Source: an uncultured Alphaproteobacteria bacterium (GTDB taxonomy: Bacteria > Pseudomonadota > Alphaproteobacteria > Rs-D84). From it: DNA of 64,000 nt. Position numbers and translations under genes: made by a program. Within the stretch, counting starts at the first letter, position 1; each line of letters starts with the position of its first letter. The stretch spans positions 45,291 to 109,290 of the forward strand of contig CANSHD010000001.1 of assembly GCA_947646585.1 (NCBI GenBank), in the 5' to 3' direction. The notes beneath the pieces were generated by a model that saw nothing but the letters and a program-made list of their open reading frames with translations, ran no database searches and had not been told where the DNA came from. Below are positions 38,263-47,374 of the stretch, in pieces.

Positions 38263-40947
38263 TCAGTGTACGGCATGATACTTATTTCCGTCAATATTCA
38301 CATTCAAGGCCCCCGTCGCCGCACCGGCCGCCAGATTACCATAACACACCTTGCCGCCCACATTTACATGTATTGCCGGCGCGGTCTGTTTTGACGCATA
38401 CAGCGGTATTATCAAATCCCCCGTTCTTATCTTTGTCACACCCGCCGCACACATCGCCGCGCATACGTTGTCGGCCGTCAGATTATATCCGGAATCACAA
38501 ACCGTGTTCGCAGAGTTATAGCCGCACGCCGTCGGATAATAAACAGTTGTCGCATTCGGCGGTATGTATCCGTTCGAAACGGCGCTGTTCCCGCATGATT
38601 TATAACAGACACCGCTGCCGGCTGAATTGGCGTTCGCACTGTTCCCATACGTCTTGTCCCCCAGCGCGCCGCACGCCGCACAAGCGTTCCCGTTTTTATA
38701 GTATCCCGACGCACAGTTTGTAACCGTCTGGGCGCAGTTGGACGCGGCCGCGTTGCATGTGCCCTGATAATGCTGGGTGCCGCTTGTGGCGGTATTTGCA
38801 TGCGTGCACGCATTTACCCCCGTCGCACAGGCCACCTGTGTGCATGCCTTGGAGCATGACTGATAACAGTTTTTGTTCGCACTGCGTGCGCCGTCGGATT
38901 TCGTGTACGCCGCCCCCAGTGTCGTGCACGCCGTGCGCACATTGTTCCCGGGACAGAAATATCCGTCCTCGCATGCGGTGCACGTGCCGTTGCTGTTCTT
39001 ATAATATCCCGGATTGCATGTCACCGTCATCGTACAGGCGGATGCCGCGGCGCTGCAGCTGCCGCCGTAATATTCCGTGCCGGATGTTGATTCCGTCCCG
39101 TACGAACACGTCGCATTCGCGGGACACGCCGGCCGGTCGCATGCACGCGTGCATGATTTCCAACATGCACCCGCCCCGCCCGTCGTACCGTTTGCGCTGT
39201 TGGGGTGCGACGACGGACAACCCGCGCAAGAATTCCCGTCCTTATAGTATCCGTTTTTACAACTGTTCACCGTCAGGGTGCATGTCGATGCGGCGGCGTT
39301 GCATCCAACGCCCTGGGCATCGGTTCCGGTCGTATATGTCGAACCGTGCGAGCAGCTGTAGGCGGCGGCGGGACACGACTGTTGCGTACAGGCCCGCGTG
39401 CACGATTTTGTGCACTGCGACGCCGCGGTGGACCCGGCCGGCGACGAATATCCCGAATTACACGCCGCACACGAACCGGAGCTTAAATAATAATTCGCAT
39501 TACACTGCCACGGACAGTTGTCCTCGACCGCGTACATTGTCGACGGCGTGCCGCGTCCTGTGTATGTGGAATTGGCGGGCTTGTTCGTACAGGCCTTGCA
39601 ACTGGTATACCAGTTTCCCCAATTTAACGGATCCGCCGCATAATACCCGGTACGACAATAATCATACTGAGTGTAATTATTACCGCCCGGCCCTGCATAA
39701 CACGCCCCCTCATTTAAGTACTGTGTGCGCGTCTCGTCACTGAACCACCAGTCACAGATACAGTCGCCCACTCCCGTCGCATGATTTGGATCGCTCCAGT
39801 TTCCGCTGGAAATACTTCTTATACTGGGCGTGACGGAACTGGCCTTGACCGTGCTGGCGCATGTCGCGCGATGCGTGCCGCCGGTACAGTAATTCCCACT
39901 GCCACAATCGGCGCACGACGTGTTTCCGTTGGCGCTGCTGCCGTAATATCCGGCATTGCACGACCACGGACACGCGTTGGATGTCGAACTGCCCGTATAA
40001 TTTGAATTTGCCGGCGCATTGCTGCAGCTGTTCAGACCATATCCGGATGACGGACTGTTTACGTTTGAAAATCCGGGACAGTAATGGCCCGTTGTACACG
40101 CGGCGCATCCAGATCCGTTCCAGTAATACCCCGCATCGCAGCTGTATCCGTATCCGGCGCCGCTGTTGGACCAAGCGCCATAAGAACAACTGCCCCATGA
40201 CCAGGCGCCATAATTTCCCCAAGCGCCGCAGTTTTGCCCCGTACAGGCGGACGAACCGTTCGTACCGCCCGCCCCGCCCGTGCGATAGCATGTGCGCGAC
40301 ATACTGCGCGTACCACTTCGCGAGCCGCTGCGCGTCTGATTTTGTTTATACGACCCGTGCGCAATGGAAACGGTTACGGTCTGCGATGTCGCGGTGCAGC
40401 CGCTGGTATCCGTGCCCGTGTCTGTGCCGGACTCTGACCAGGACACCCCGGTACACGCATAACAGGCGCTGCCGCTTAAATAATACCCGCTGTTACAGCT
40501 GTAACCGCAACTGTACAGGCCGCCGCTGTTTGACCAGGCACCGTACGAACACGCGCCATAGGACCAGCTGCCATACGAATATACGCCACAGTTTGCCGCC
40601 CCCGTACACGCGGACGCACCGTTCGTGCCGCCCGCCCCGCCCGTACGATAACATGTGCGCGACTTGCTGCGCGAGCCGCTACGTGACCCGCTGCGCGTTT
40701 GATTTTGCTTGCACGAACCGGAACCATTGCTGACCGACTGGGCCACGTTCACCGTCTGCGATGTCGCCGTACAGGCGCTGGTGTCGGTCGTATAATCCGT
40801 ACCGCTGTCCGTAAATGAAACGGTCGAACACGCCACACATGAGTTACCAGCGCCGCTTCCGTTCATATAATATCCGGACGAGCATGACGTATATTTTTTA
40901 AGTGTGGGACAGCTATAACCGGCGGCATCGGCCGCAGTTGCAAACAC
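38263..40947 (-). CDS. Very large cysteine-rich repeat surface protein; true start apparently lies on an inverted segment
   Basis: Many C..GYY/CxxC repeats and a tandem N-terminal duplication; the hydrophobic IVHFFSLLLFCCV extends upstream of the GTG to a TAA with no start codon or RBS. Confidence 0.85.
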   Translation of the reverse strand: MFATAADAAGYSCPTLKKYTSCSSGYYMNGSGAGNSCVACSTVSFTDSGTDYTTDTSACTATSQTVNVAQSVSNGSGSCKQNQTRSGSRSGSRSKSRTCYRTGGAGGTNGASACTGAANCGVYSYGSWSYGACSYGAWSNSGGLYSCGYSCNSGYYLSGSACYACTGVSWSESGTDTGTDTSGCTATSQTVTVSIAHGSYKQNQTRSGSRSGTRSMSRTCYRTGGAGGTNGSSACTGQNCGAWGNYGAWSWGSCSYGAWSNSGAGYGYSCDAGYYWNGSGCAACTTGHYCPGFSNVNSPSSGYGLNSCSNAPANSNYTGSSTSNACPWSCNAGYYGSSANGNTSCADCGSGNYCTGGTHRATCASTVKASSVTPSIRSISSGNWSDPNHATGVGDCICDWWFSDETRTQYLNEGACYAGPGGNNYTQYDYCRTGYYAADPLNWGNWYTSCKACTNKPANSTYTGRGTPSTMYAVEDNCPWQCNANYYLSSGSCAACNSGYSSPAGSTAASQCTKSCTRACTQQSCPAAAYSCSHGSTYTTGTDAQGVGCNAAASTCTLTVNSCKNGYYKDGNSCAGCPSSHPNSANGTTGGAGACWKSCTRACDRPACPANATCSYGTESTSGTEYYGGSCSAAASACTMTVTCNPGYYKNSNGTCTACEDGYFCPGNNVRTACTTLGAAYTKSDGARSANKNCYQSCSKACTQVACATGVNACTHANTATSGTQHYQGTCNAAASNCAQTVTNCASGYYKNGNACAACGALGDKTYGNSANANSAGSGVCYKSCGNSAVSNGYIPPNATTVYYPTACGYNSANTVCDSGYNLTADNVCAAMCAAGVTKIRTGDLIIPLYASKQTAPAIHVNVGGKVCYGNLAAGAATGALNVNIDGNKYHAVH

Positions 40948-40976
40948 GCAGCAGAATAATAATAGAGAAAAAAAGT

Positions 40977-41065
40977 GGACGATTTAATTCGACAAAAACA
41001 GGAGATGCAAATGTGGCGGAATTCGGTGATTTTTAAGCGTTCTTTTATCGCTAAGAAAATCGTCC
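40977..41065. promoter_or_regulatory. Putative invertible RBS/start-codon cassette (OFF orientation)
   Basis: Inverted repeats GGACGATTT (40977-85) / AAATCGTCC (41057-65); AGGAG-N6-ATG reading MWRNSVIFKRSFIAKKIV on + strand, in frame with the gene after inversion. Confidence 0.8.
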
Positions 41066-41105
41066 CATTTTATTAGGCAGTATATCTCAGCCCCACACGC
41101 CACAC

Positions 41106-41134
41106 ATTATATGGCATTGCGCGTTTTTTTACAA
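41106..41134 (-). promoter_or_regulatory. Sigma70-like promoter for the giant Cys-rich gene, outside the invertible cassette
   Basis: TTGTAA-17-TATAAT on the minus strand. Confidence 0.65.
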
Positions 41135-41193
41135 GATTAAAAATATAAAAAAACAGCCCGGGGAACCCCGGACTGTTTTACAAACGCACTTTT

Positions 41194-42822
41194 TTAGTTC
41201 AGCGGCGCGCCCCAATGCTGTTGTATTGCGCGCTCGGAATCCATGGGGCTGACCAATACCTGCGGCGTCAGGATTACAACCAGCACATCACGCTGAGCCG
41301 ATGTTTCACGTGAACCGGACAACGCCATAAAGTCGGGGTCACCCAGGCCATATCTGGTGTCGGACCCGGTCTGCTTTTCAAATCCCGACACAACCAGCAT
41401 CTGACCGGATTCCATAATGATTTCCTGCATAAAGCTGCGCTCTTCAACCTCCGGCAACTGCAGTGTCACCTCGCCGATTGTCTGGGTGGACATACGCAGC
41501 AGTTCACGGACGGAAATCTTGAACAGCAGCAGTATCTTGCCATTTTCCAGAACATTCGGCAGCAACTGCATAGAAAATCCTGTTTCCAAATCGTCCTGGT
41601 CAACGGTACTGGATTCAACCGTAGTAAAGTTACGTGATTCAAATCTCTTTATATATCCCGTCGTGCGGGTGTTCGTTACCGGCGCCACACGGTTGTTTCG
41701 TGTCGTCACGCCGACATTCGTCACCAGCGACACCTTGCCCTGCTTTGCCAACGCCTGAATCAGCGCGTTACTGCCGGCGACACTGGACAGACTGCCGTTT
41801 GCAATCTGGTCGGCCGTGTACGCGCCGTCAACAGCAACGCCGTTTTCCATATGCGTCGCCCCGGTCAGTGCGGAAACGGTATTTGACAGAACCGCAATGT
41901 TCATGGAGCTGGCGTCCTGGGTCGCCAAATTGTTCTTTGGATTCGCAACAATATTCAGCCCCGATGTCGAGTTAATGGCCGCGGCCAGGTTCAGACCGAA
42001 CGCAGAATCATTCGACAGCGACACCTGCAGCACCTTGACGTCAATCGTCACCAGCTGCGACAGGCGCTTGTTCTGGCGGGCGATGTATTCGCCGACGCGG
42101 CTCTGCACCGACGGCGGCGCGGTCACGGTGATTGTACCCAAACTGCGCGACACTGTAAAATCGGCGTTTTCCGTCTTGCCAATGATTGCGGCAATCGCCT
42201 GTTCTACCTCGTCCCATTCTTTCAATGTGGATTCCAAAGACACCTGGTTTCCGTCGTCGGTCTGAACGGACGACTGATAGGAAACATCCGTCCCCAGCGC
42301 ATATAATGTAAATGTCTTGGTCTCCGTTTCATAAAATACGATGGCATCCTTGTCGTAATACCACAGCAAGTCCAGGTCTGTCGCAATCTGGCTAAGCAAC
42401 CCCGACAGCTTTCCGGTATAGGCGATGTTCATCGTCTTTTTTAATTTTTCCGCGTTCACCTGGCTGTCAATTTTAACAGGGATTCCGGTGATGGAGTTGA
42501 TATCGTTCGCCACAACCTGCAGGCCGACCGGCTCGTTTAACAAAATGGTGACACCCGTGTCCGTTTCAAACTTGCTCGGCAAATTGTTTCTATGTTCCAG
42601 AACCGTCGATTTGTTCCCCAGCCATACCCCCTCTGACATGGATACGGTGTCACTGCCGGCAACCTTGGCGCGCGGCGTCTTGGACATTTCAAACGCATCA
42701 TATGCATTGATAAAATCCTGATCAACCGCCGCGGACATCTTGGCAGATTCACGCGTCGCGCACCCGGCCGCCAACGCGCATACTATGCCGCCCGCGATAA
42801 AAAGTTTTATTGGATTTCTCAT
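41194..42822 (-). CDS. Lipoprotein secretin, PilN/BfpB-type (type IVb pilus)
   Basis: Lipobox AAGC, GTITVT, V.IDVKVL.V, TGFSM.LLP, G..LVVSG, V.ILTP secretin motifs. Confidence 0.85.
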   Translation of the reverse strand: MRNPIKLFIAGGIVCALAAGCATRESAKMSAAVDQDFINAYDAFEMSKTPRAKVAGSDTVSMSEGVWLGNKSTVLEHRNNLPSKFETDTGVTILLNEPVGLQVVANDINSITGIPVKIDSQVNAEKLKKTMNIAYTGKLSGLLSQIATDLDLLWYYDKDAIVFYETETKTFTLYALGTDVSYQSSVQTDDGNQVSLESTLKEWDEVEQAIAAIIGKTENADFTVSRSLGTITVTAPPSVQSRVGEYIARQNKRLSQLVTIDVKVLQVSLSNDSAFGLNLAAAINSTSGLNIVANPKNNLATQDASSMNIAVLSNTVSALTGATHMENGVAVDGAYTADQIANGSLSSVAGSNALIQALAKQGKVSLVTNVGVTTRNNRVAPVTNTRTTGYIKRFESRNFTTVESSTVDQDDLETGFSMQLLPNVLENGKILLLFKISVRELLRMSTQTIGEVTLQLPEVEERSFMQEIIMESGQMLVVSGFEKQTGSDTRYGLGDPDFMALSGSRETSAQRDVLVVILTPQVLVSPMDSERAIQQHWGAPLN

Positions 42823-42849
42823 CTGTCTCTCCTACGTCGCGCCATGCGC

Positions 42850-43779
42850 TTATTCTTCGTTGGTCGATATTACCAAAACGCGGTTGCCTTTGTAAAATTT
42901 CGCATACGGCACCGGTGTCGCGCGGCCGAAATTACGCACCAAGGCGGACGCCACGTCAACAAAGCGTCCCTTGAAGACGGCGCTGGCCTCAATCGGATAT
43001 TCACGCGGCGTGGTCCATACCAGGTCCCAGCCCTCTTTGTCACACCATGTCTGCAGCACTTCGCGCAGCGTCTGTCCGTTTGCAACAACCCAGGAGCGCA
43101 CCTGGTCCTGCAGGGTTACCGGCGCCTCCGCATCGGCGGACGTATCAACCGCAATCTCGTTACCGGTGCCGTCGCCCGATGCATCGGACGAACCGTCGCC
43201 ACTGGTCGGCGCAAAACCCATCTTTGCCGCATACGCCGCATAACCGTCGGCATATCCGCCGCAATTCTTGCGACTGCTGCGCGACACGGCCAGAACATTG
43301 CCGCCGTCGTCTTCCAAAACCTCGCGGTGCAGCAACGGCATCTCGGACCCTGAATTGCATTCGTCGTCAAACCCGACCGGAATCTGCGTCCCGTGCAGCA
43401 TGTTCGCCCCGCCGGACCATCCGCCGAAATCACCGCGCGTGCCCATGTTGAAATTATTTTCCACAACCAAATCCGCGCCTATCTTGGAAACAATGCGAAT
43501 GTTGTCAGACTGCTTGTCCTTGGCGCACAAACCGGATTCGCACGCAACCTCTACGTCCGCGTCAGACCCCGCCAGCGGCCACGCCGGAACAACCGCGGGC
43601 GCCTGATAATACTCCTGCACCTCCGTCTGGGTGACGTCTTCGTATTCACCGCCCTGCTCTACCGCGCGGTCTTCGGAATAAAACACCTCTGACGTGACGA
43701 CCTGGGGCAAACCCTGGGCCGCAAAGCAATAGCCGGCCGCCGTTGCAAACATGGCAAAAATCAAAACCTTGCGGAACAT
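42850..43779 (-). CDS. Secreted protein with TcpQ/PilL-like C-terminal domain
   Basis: W...GQTLREVL..W....GW.LVW....YPIEASAVF.G.F pattern; directly upstream of the secretin. Confidence 0.75.
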   Translation of the reverse strand: MFRKVLIFAMFATAAGYCFAAQGLPQVVTSEVFYSEDRAVEQGGEYEDVTQTEVQEYYQAPAVVPAWPLAGSDADVEVACESGLCAKDKQSDNIRIVSKIGADLVVENNFNMGTRGDFGGWSGGANMLHGTQIPVGFDDECNSGSEMPLLHREVLEDDGGNVLAVSRSSRKNCGGYADGYAAYAAKMGFAPTSGDGSSDASGDGTGNEIAVDTSADAEAPVTLQDQVRSWVVANGQTLREVLQTWCDKEGWDLVWTTPREYPIEASAVFKGRFVDVASALVRNFGRATPVPYAKFYKGNRVLVISTNEE

Positions 43780-43952
43780 GTTTATTTTCCTTTCCTGTAT
43801 TTTACATATATTTTATGCTTATTATAACAAGTTGACCGAATCTGTGCAAGACCTAAAAACAGGCCTCAAAGATAAAATCGCACGAATCGGCAAAAGATGC
43901 TATACTGCACTGCAACGGAAGCAAATTATTTAATTTACAGGGACTTGTACAA

Positions 43953-44492
43953 ATGCAAAACAACATGATTTTGGTCGGAATTATCATCACATGCATCGTA
44001 TCGTGCGCCACGGCGGCAATCACCGTGATGATGGGCATGCACATGCGCGAAATAAAAAAGACTCTGGTCCTGCAGTACAATCTTATCGTCAAGATGCAGG
44101 CCATCCTCAAAAACAAGTCCGCCACAAACGCGGTCGCCGAAAATGCGGAAATGATATACCAGGACCTGCTGCAGAATTTAATCCCCGTCATGGCGGCAAT
44201 CGACATCATGCCCCGCAACACGACCGAGCATCCGCTGTGGCGCGCCCTGGGCGGGATAATGGACGAATACGCAAAAAATCCGTTTGCACTGGAAAAACTG
44301 CGCCGCTGCATAAAACTGGACAGTGAAATCAGTCGCCACATAGACAACTATATACGCCGCGCCGACAGCTTTCTGCAGCATCTGGCCGCGACAGAGCCTG
44401 ACGGAATTCTGGCGGCGACGTTCACCGACGGCCTGCTGGGCCAGTCCTTGACATTCTTTACCCAGGCGAAACAGCTGGCCACACAGGGATAA
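43953..44492 (+). CDS. Hypothetical membrane-anchored protein
   Basis: N-terminal TM, helical body, abuts sufB. Confidence 0.65.
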   Translation: MQNNMILVGIIITCIVSCATAAITVMMGMHMREIKKTLVLQYNLIVKMQAILKNKSATNAVAENAEMIYQDLLQNLIPVMAAIDIMPRNTTEHPLWRALGGIMDEYAKNPFALEKLRRCIKLDSEISRHIDNYIRRADSFLQHLAATEPDGILAATFTDGLLGQSLTFFTQAKQLATQG

Positions 44493-44493
44493 G

Positions 44494-45819
44494 ATGCCGA
44501 AATTATCCGAAAATCTTGTACGCGAAATATCCGCCGCCCGGGGCGAACCGGAATGGATGCTGCAATGGCGGCTGCACGCTTTGACCGCATGGCAAAAGAT
44601 GCGCGAACCGCACTGGGCCGACTTTGATTACGCACCCATCGATTACGACAGCTTGAACTATTACAACGAGCCGTCCCCAATAGACAACTCGGACCTGGCC
44701 GAAACATATGAAAAAATGGGTCTGCCGGAATCGGAACGCCGCGCCCTGCTGGGGATGGCGACGGACACGGTAATCGACAGCCGCTCCGTCCACACATCAT
44801 ACACGGACGAATTAAACAAACTCGGCATAATATTCATGCCGATGTCCGACGCGGTGCGCGAATATCCGGACCTGGTGCGCACGCATCTGGGCTCCGTCGT
44901 GCCGGCGGGCGACAATTTCTTTGCCGCGTTAAATGCGGCGGTGTTTTCCGACGGCACGTTCGTGTATATTCCGCCGAACACCAAATGCCCGATTGACCTG
45001 GCCAGCTATTTCAGAATCGAGACCGCCAAAATCGGCCAGTTCGAGCGGACCCTTATCATCGCTGACACCGGCGCCGAACTGTCGTACATGGAGGGCTGCA
45101 GCGCACCGCGCCGACCGGGCCACCAACTGCACAGCGGTGTTGTGGAAATCGTCGCGATGGCGGGCGCGCGGGTAAAATACGCAACCGTTCAAAACTGGTA
45201 CGCCGGCGAATATAAAAACGGAAAAAACACGGGCGGGATATTGAACTTTGTCACAAAGCGCGGCCGCGCAGAAACAGGCGCCGAAATACTGTGGACCCAG
45301 GTGGAAATCGGCTCCGCATTGACATGGAAATATCCGTCAACCATTCTGGCGGGCGACGGTGCACACAGTGATTTTTATTCCCTGTCCATAACACGCGGCG
45401 CCCAGTGCGCGGACACCGGCACAAAAATGATTCACATCGGCGACAACACGGTGTCAAACATTGTCTCGTACGGCGTTGCATTGGACAATTCGCGCCAAAC
45501 GTTTCGTTCTTTGGTCTCGTTCACGGGCCGCGGCGGCAAAAACGCATCCAAATGCGACACACGCATAATCGGCACGGACGCGACGGCGAGCACCCTGCCG
45601 ACAATTATTCATGCGAACCCGGACAACGAACAAAGTCACGAGGCAACCACCGGCGCGATAAACGCGGACGCGCTGCGCTATCTGGAAATGGGCGGCATTG
45701 CCACCGACACGGCGACGGCCTTGATTATAGGTGCCACCGCCGCGCCCGTTATTTCACGCCTGCCGATGGAATTTTTGGTTGAATCAAAACAGTTGATACA
45801 AATGGCGCTGGCGTCATGA
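44494..45819 (+). CDS. sufB: Fe-S cluster assembly protein SufB
   Basis: EPEWM, FAALNAAVFSDG, GQFERTLI, EGCSAP, NFVTKRG, TWKYP, DTGTKM, SHEAT motifs. Confidence 0.95.
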   Translation: MPKLSENLVREISAARGEPEWMLQWRLHALTAWQKMREPHWADFDYAPIDYDSLNYYNEPSPIDNSDLAETYEKMGLPESERRALLGMATDTVIDSRSVHTSYTDELNKLGIIFMPMSDAVREYPDLVRTHLGSVVPAGDNFFAALNAAVFSDGTFVYIPPNTKCPIDLASYFRIETAKIGQFERTLIIADTGAELSYMEGCSAPRRPGHQLHSGVVEIVAMAGARVKYATVQNWYAGEYKNGKNTGGILNFVTKRGRAETGAEILWTQVEIGSALTWKYPSTILAGDGAHSDFYSLSITRGAQCADTGTKMIHIGDNTVSNIVSYGVALDNSRQTFRSLVSFTGRGGKNASKCDTRIIGTDATASTLPTIIHANPDNEQSHEATTGAINADALRYLEMGGIATDTATALIIGATAAPVISRLPMEFLVESKQLIQMALAS

Positions 45820-46410
45820 GCACCATGACGCACTATCGTCTGGACCTGTCGGTGTCGGTTCTTCCTCCGAATGACAACACTTAGAACCAAACTGGAACAC
45901 ACCAGCATCATCAATAAATTGCATTCTTGGATCTATATCGGTACAACATGAAGTTATACCATTAAAATGATGCGTAGCATCAACCATTGATTTAACCTCA
46001 GGTCCCTTTTCGCCCATAAGATCTAAAAAAATACCAGTATCAGGACACTTTATACAAGTATACAATTCACTATGGTAATATTCTGTTGACCTGCAGGACG
46101 GATCTAAACGCTGCTTAACCCAGCCGCCAGACCCGCATCTATATCCATAGAAGCCATCTGAATCCGGAGCATACAACATATCACTCCCACCCGGCGCAAC
46201 AGCATACCCAGCAGAAACACACCCCGCATACCCCTTTCTACAATTTCCCGCGGGATTACTGCCGCACCAATAGCAAACGTCATCACTTATAATACACTCT
46301 TGCATGCCATTGGTCATACAAGTCTCAGACAGCGTCACACTTAATGCAGCATAGGCCTTACTTGCCACAAACAATGCACTAAAAACACAAAAAATTATGA
46401 TTCTTTTCAT
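45814..46410 (-). CDS. Secreted cysteine-rich protein (AT-rich), inserted between sufB and sufC
   Basis: Signal peptide (AYA), many Cys, C-terminus CIKCPDTG...GITSCC...FIDDAGVFQFGSKCCH related to the small Cys-rich family. Confidence 0.8.
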   Translation of the reverse strand: MKRIIIFCVFSALFVASKAYAALSVTLSETCMTNGMQECIISDDVCYWCGSNPAGNCRKGYAGCVSAGYAVAPGGSDMLYAPDSDGFYGYRCGSGGWVKQRLDPSCRSTEYYHSELYTCIKCPDTGIFLDLMGEKGPEVKSMVDATHHFNGITSCCTDIDPRMQFIDDAGVFQFGSKCCHSEEEPTPTGPDDSASWCS

Positions 46411-46430
46411 TTTTTCCCCCGCAAAAAAAT

Positions 46431-46509
46431 GTTCGTTTTTTTTAGGCGATTTTTGACATTGACAAAGCTTGGAAATACGGTCTATATTTTATGCCGATAG
46501 GAAACGAAC
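46431..46509. promoter_or_regulatory. Putative invertible promoter (OFF for 45814..46410)
   Basis: Inverted repeats GTTCGTTT (46431-38) / AAACGAAC (46502-09) next to TTTTTTTAGGC arms; TTGACA-18-TATATT inside, pointing away from the gene. Confidence 0.62.
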
Positions 46510-46614
46510 CCTTTTTTTAGGCAATGATTCCGGGCCTATTTTCCTCTATAAACAATATGGTATTTACATAACGGCTAATTGTGATATAATCCCCTGGACA
46601 TAATGGAATTCAAC

Positions 46615-47289
46615 ATGCTGGAAATTAAAAATCTCTCCGTTTCAATGGACGGAAAAACATTGCTGTCGGACATAAACATGACCGTCGCGCCAAACGCGCG
46701 CCACCTGTTGGCGGGACACAACGGCAGCGGCAAGTCAACCCTGGCCGCAACAATCGCGGGCGACGAACGGTACCGGATAGAGGCCGGCAAAATCATTTTC
46801 GACGGGCGCGACATCACGAATGAAAACGCAACGACGCGCGCATTGCTGGGAATATTTTTAGGTGCCCAGAACGTGCCGGAAATACCGGGCCTGACCTGGC
46901 TTAGCTTTTTAAAGCACTCCGCCGCCGCACATGCACATTTTCAAACCGGGCGCGATTTGTCCATGGGGGAATTTTTAACGAAACTGGAATCCGCGCGCAC
47001 GGCTTTAAACATTCCGAAAGAATGGCTTAACCGCAGTGTGAACGTCGGTTTTTCCGGGGGCGAGCGCAAGCGCATGATGCTGCTGCGCCTTGTGATGACG
47101 GCACCGCGCCTGGCGATTTTGGACGAACCGGATTCCGGCGCCGACGCCGACACCCAGCGTTTAATCGCCCGGACGATGCACGAAATGAAAGACACGGCGT
47201 TCCTGTTCATCAGCCATCAGCCGAATTTTACCGACCAGGTATGCCCCACCGCCCGAACCATAATCGGCGGCGGGAAAATAGCCGGATAA
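46615..47289 (+). CDS. sufC: Fe-S assembly ATPase SufC
   Basis: GHNGSGKST, Q.VPEIPG, RSVNVGFSGGERKR, ILDEPDSG motifs. Confidence 0.92.
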   Translation: MLEIKNLSVSMDGKTLLSDINMTVAPNARHLLAGHNGSGKSTLAATIAGDERYRIEAGKIIFDGRDITNENATTRALLGIFLGAQNVPEIPGLTWLSFLKHSAAAHAHFQTGRDLSMGEFLTKLESARTALNIPKEWLNRSVNVGFSGGERKRMMLLRLVMTAPRLAILDEPDSGADADTQRLIARTMHEMKDTAFLFISHQPNFTDQVCPTARTIIGGGKIAG

Positions 47290-47374
47290 TCACACGGGGG
47301 CGACGCCCCCGTTTTCATTTTGTCATGCGAAAAAGTTGTGATAAAATATATGGGATAAAAACAAAGGAAAGAAA

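Noticed and set aside
40968-40974. A7/T7 homopolymer as a slipped-strand switch restoring the giant gene's start
   Set aside because: I translated the +1 and -1 alternatives by hand; neither reaches an ATG, GTG or TTG before a stop, whereas inversion gives an RBS, an ATG and the correct frame
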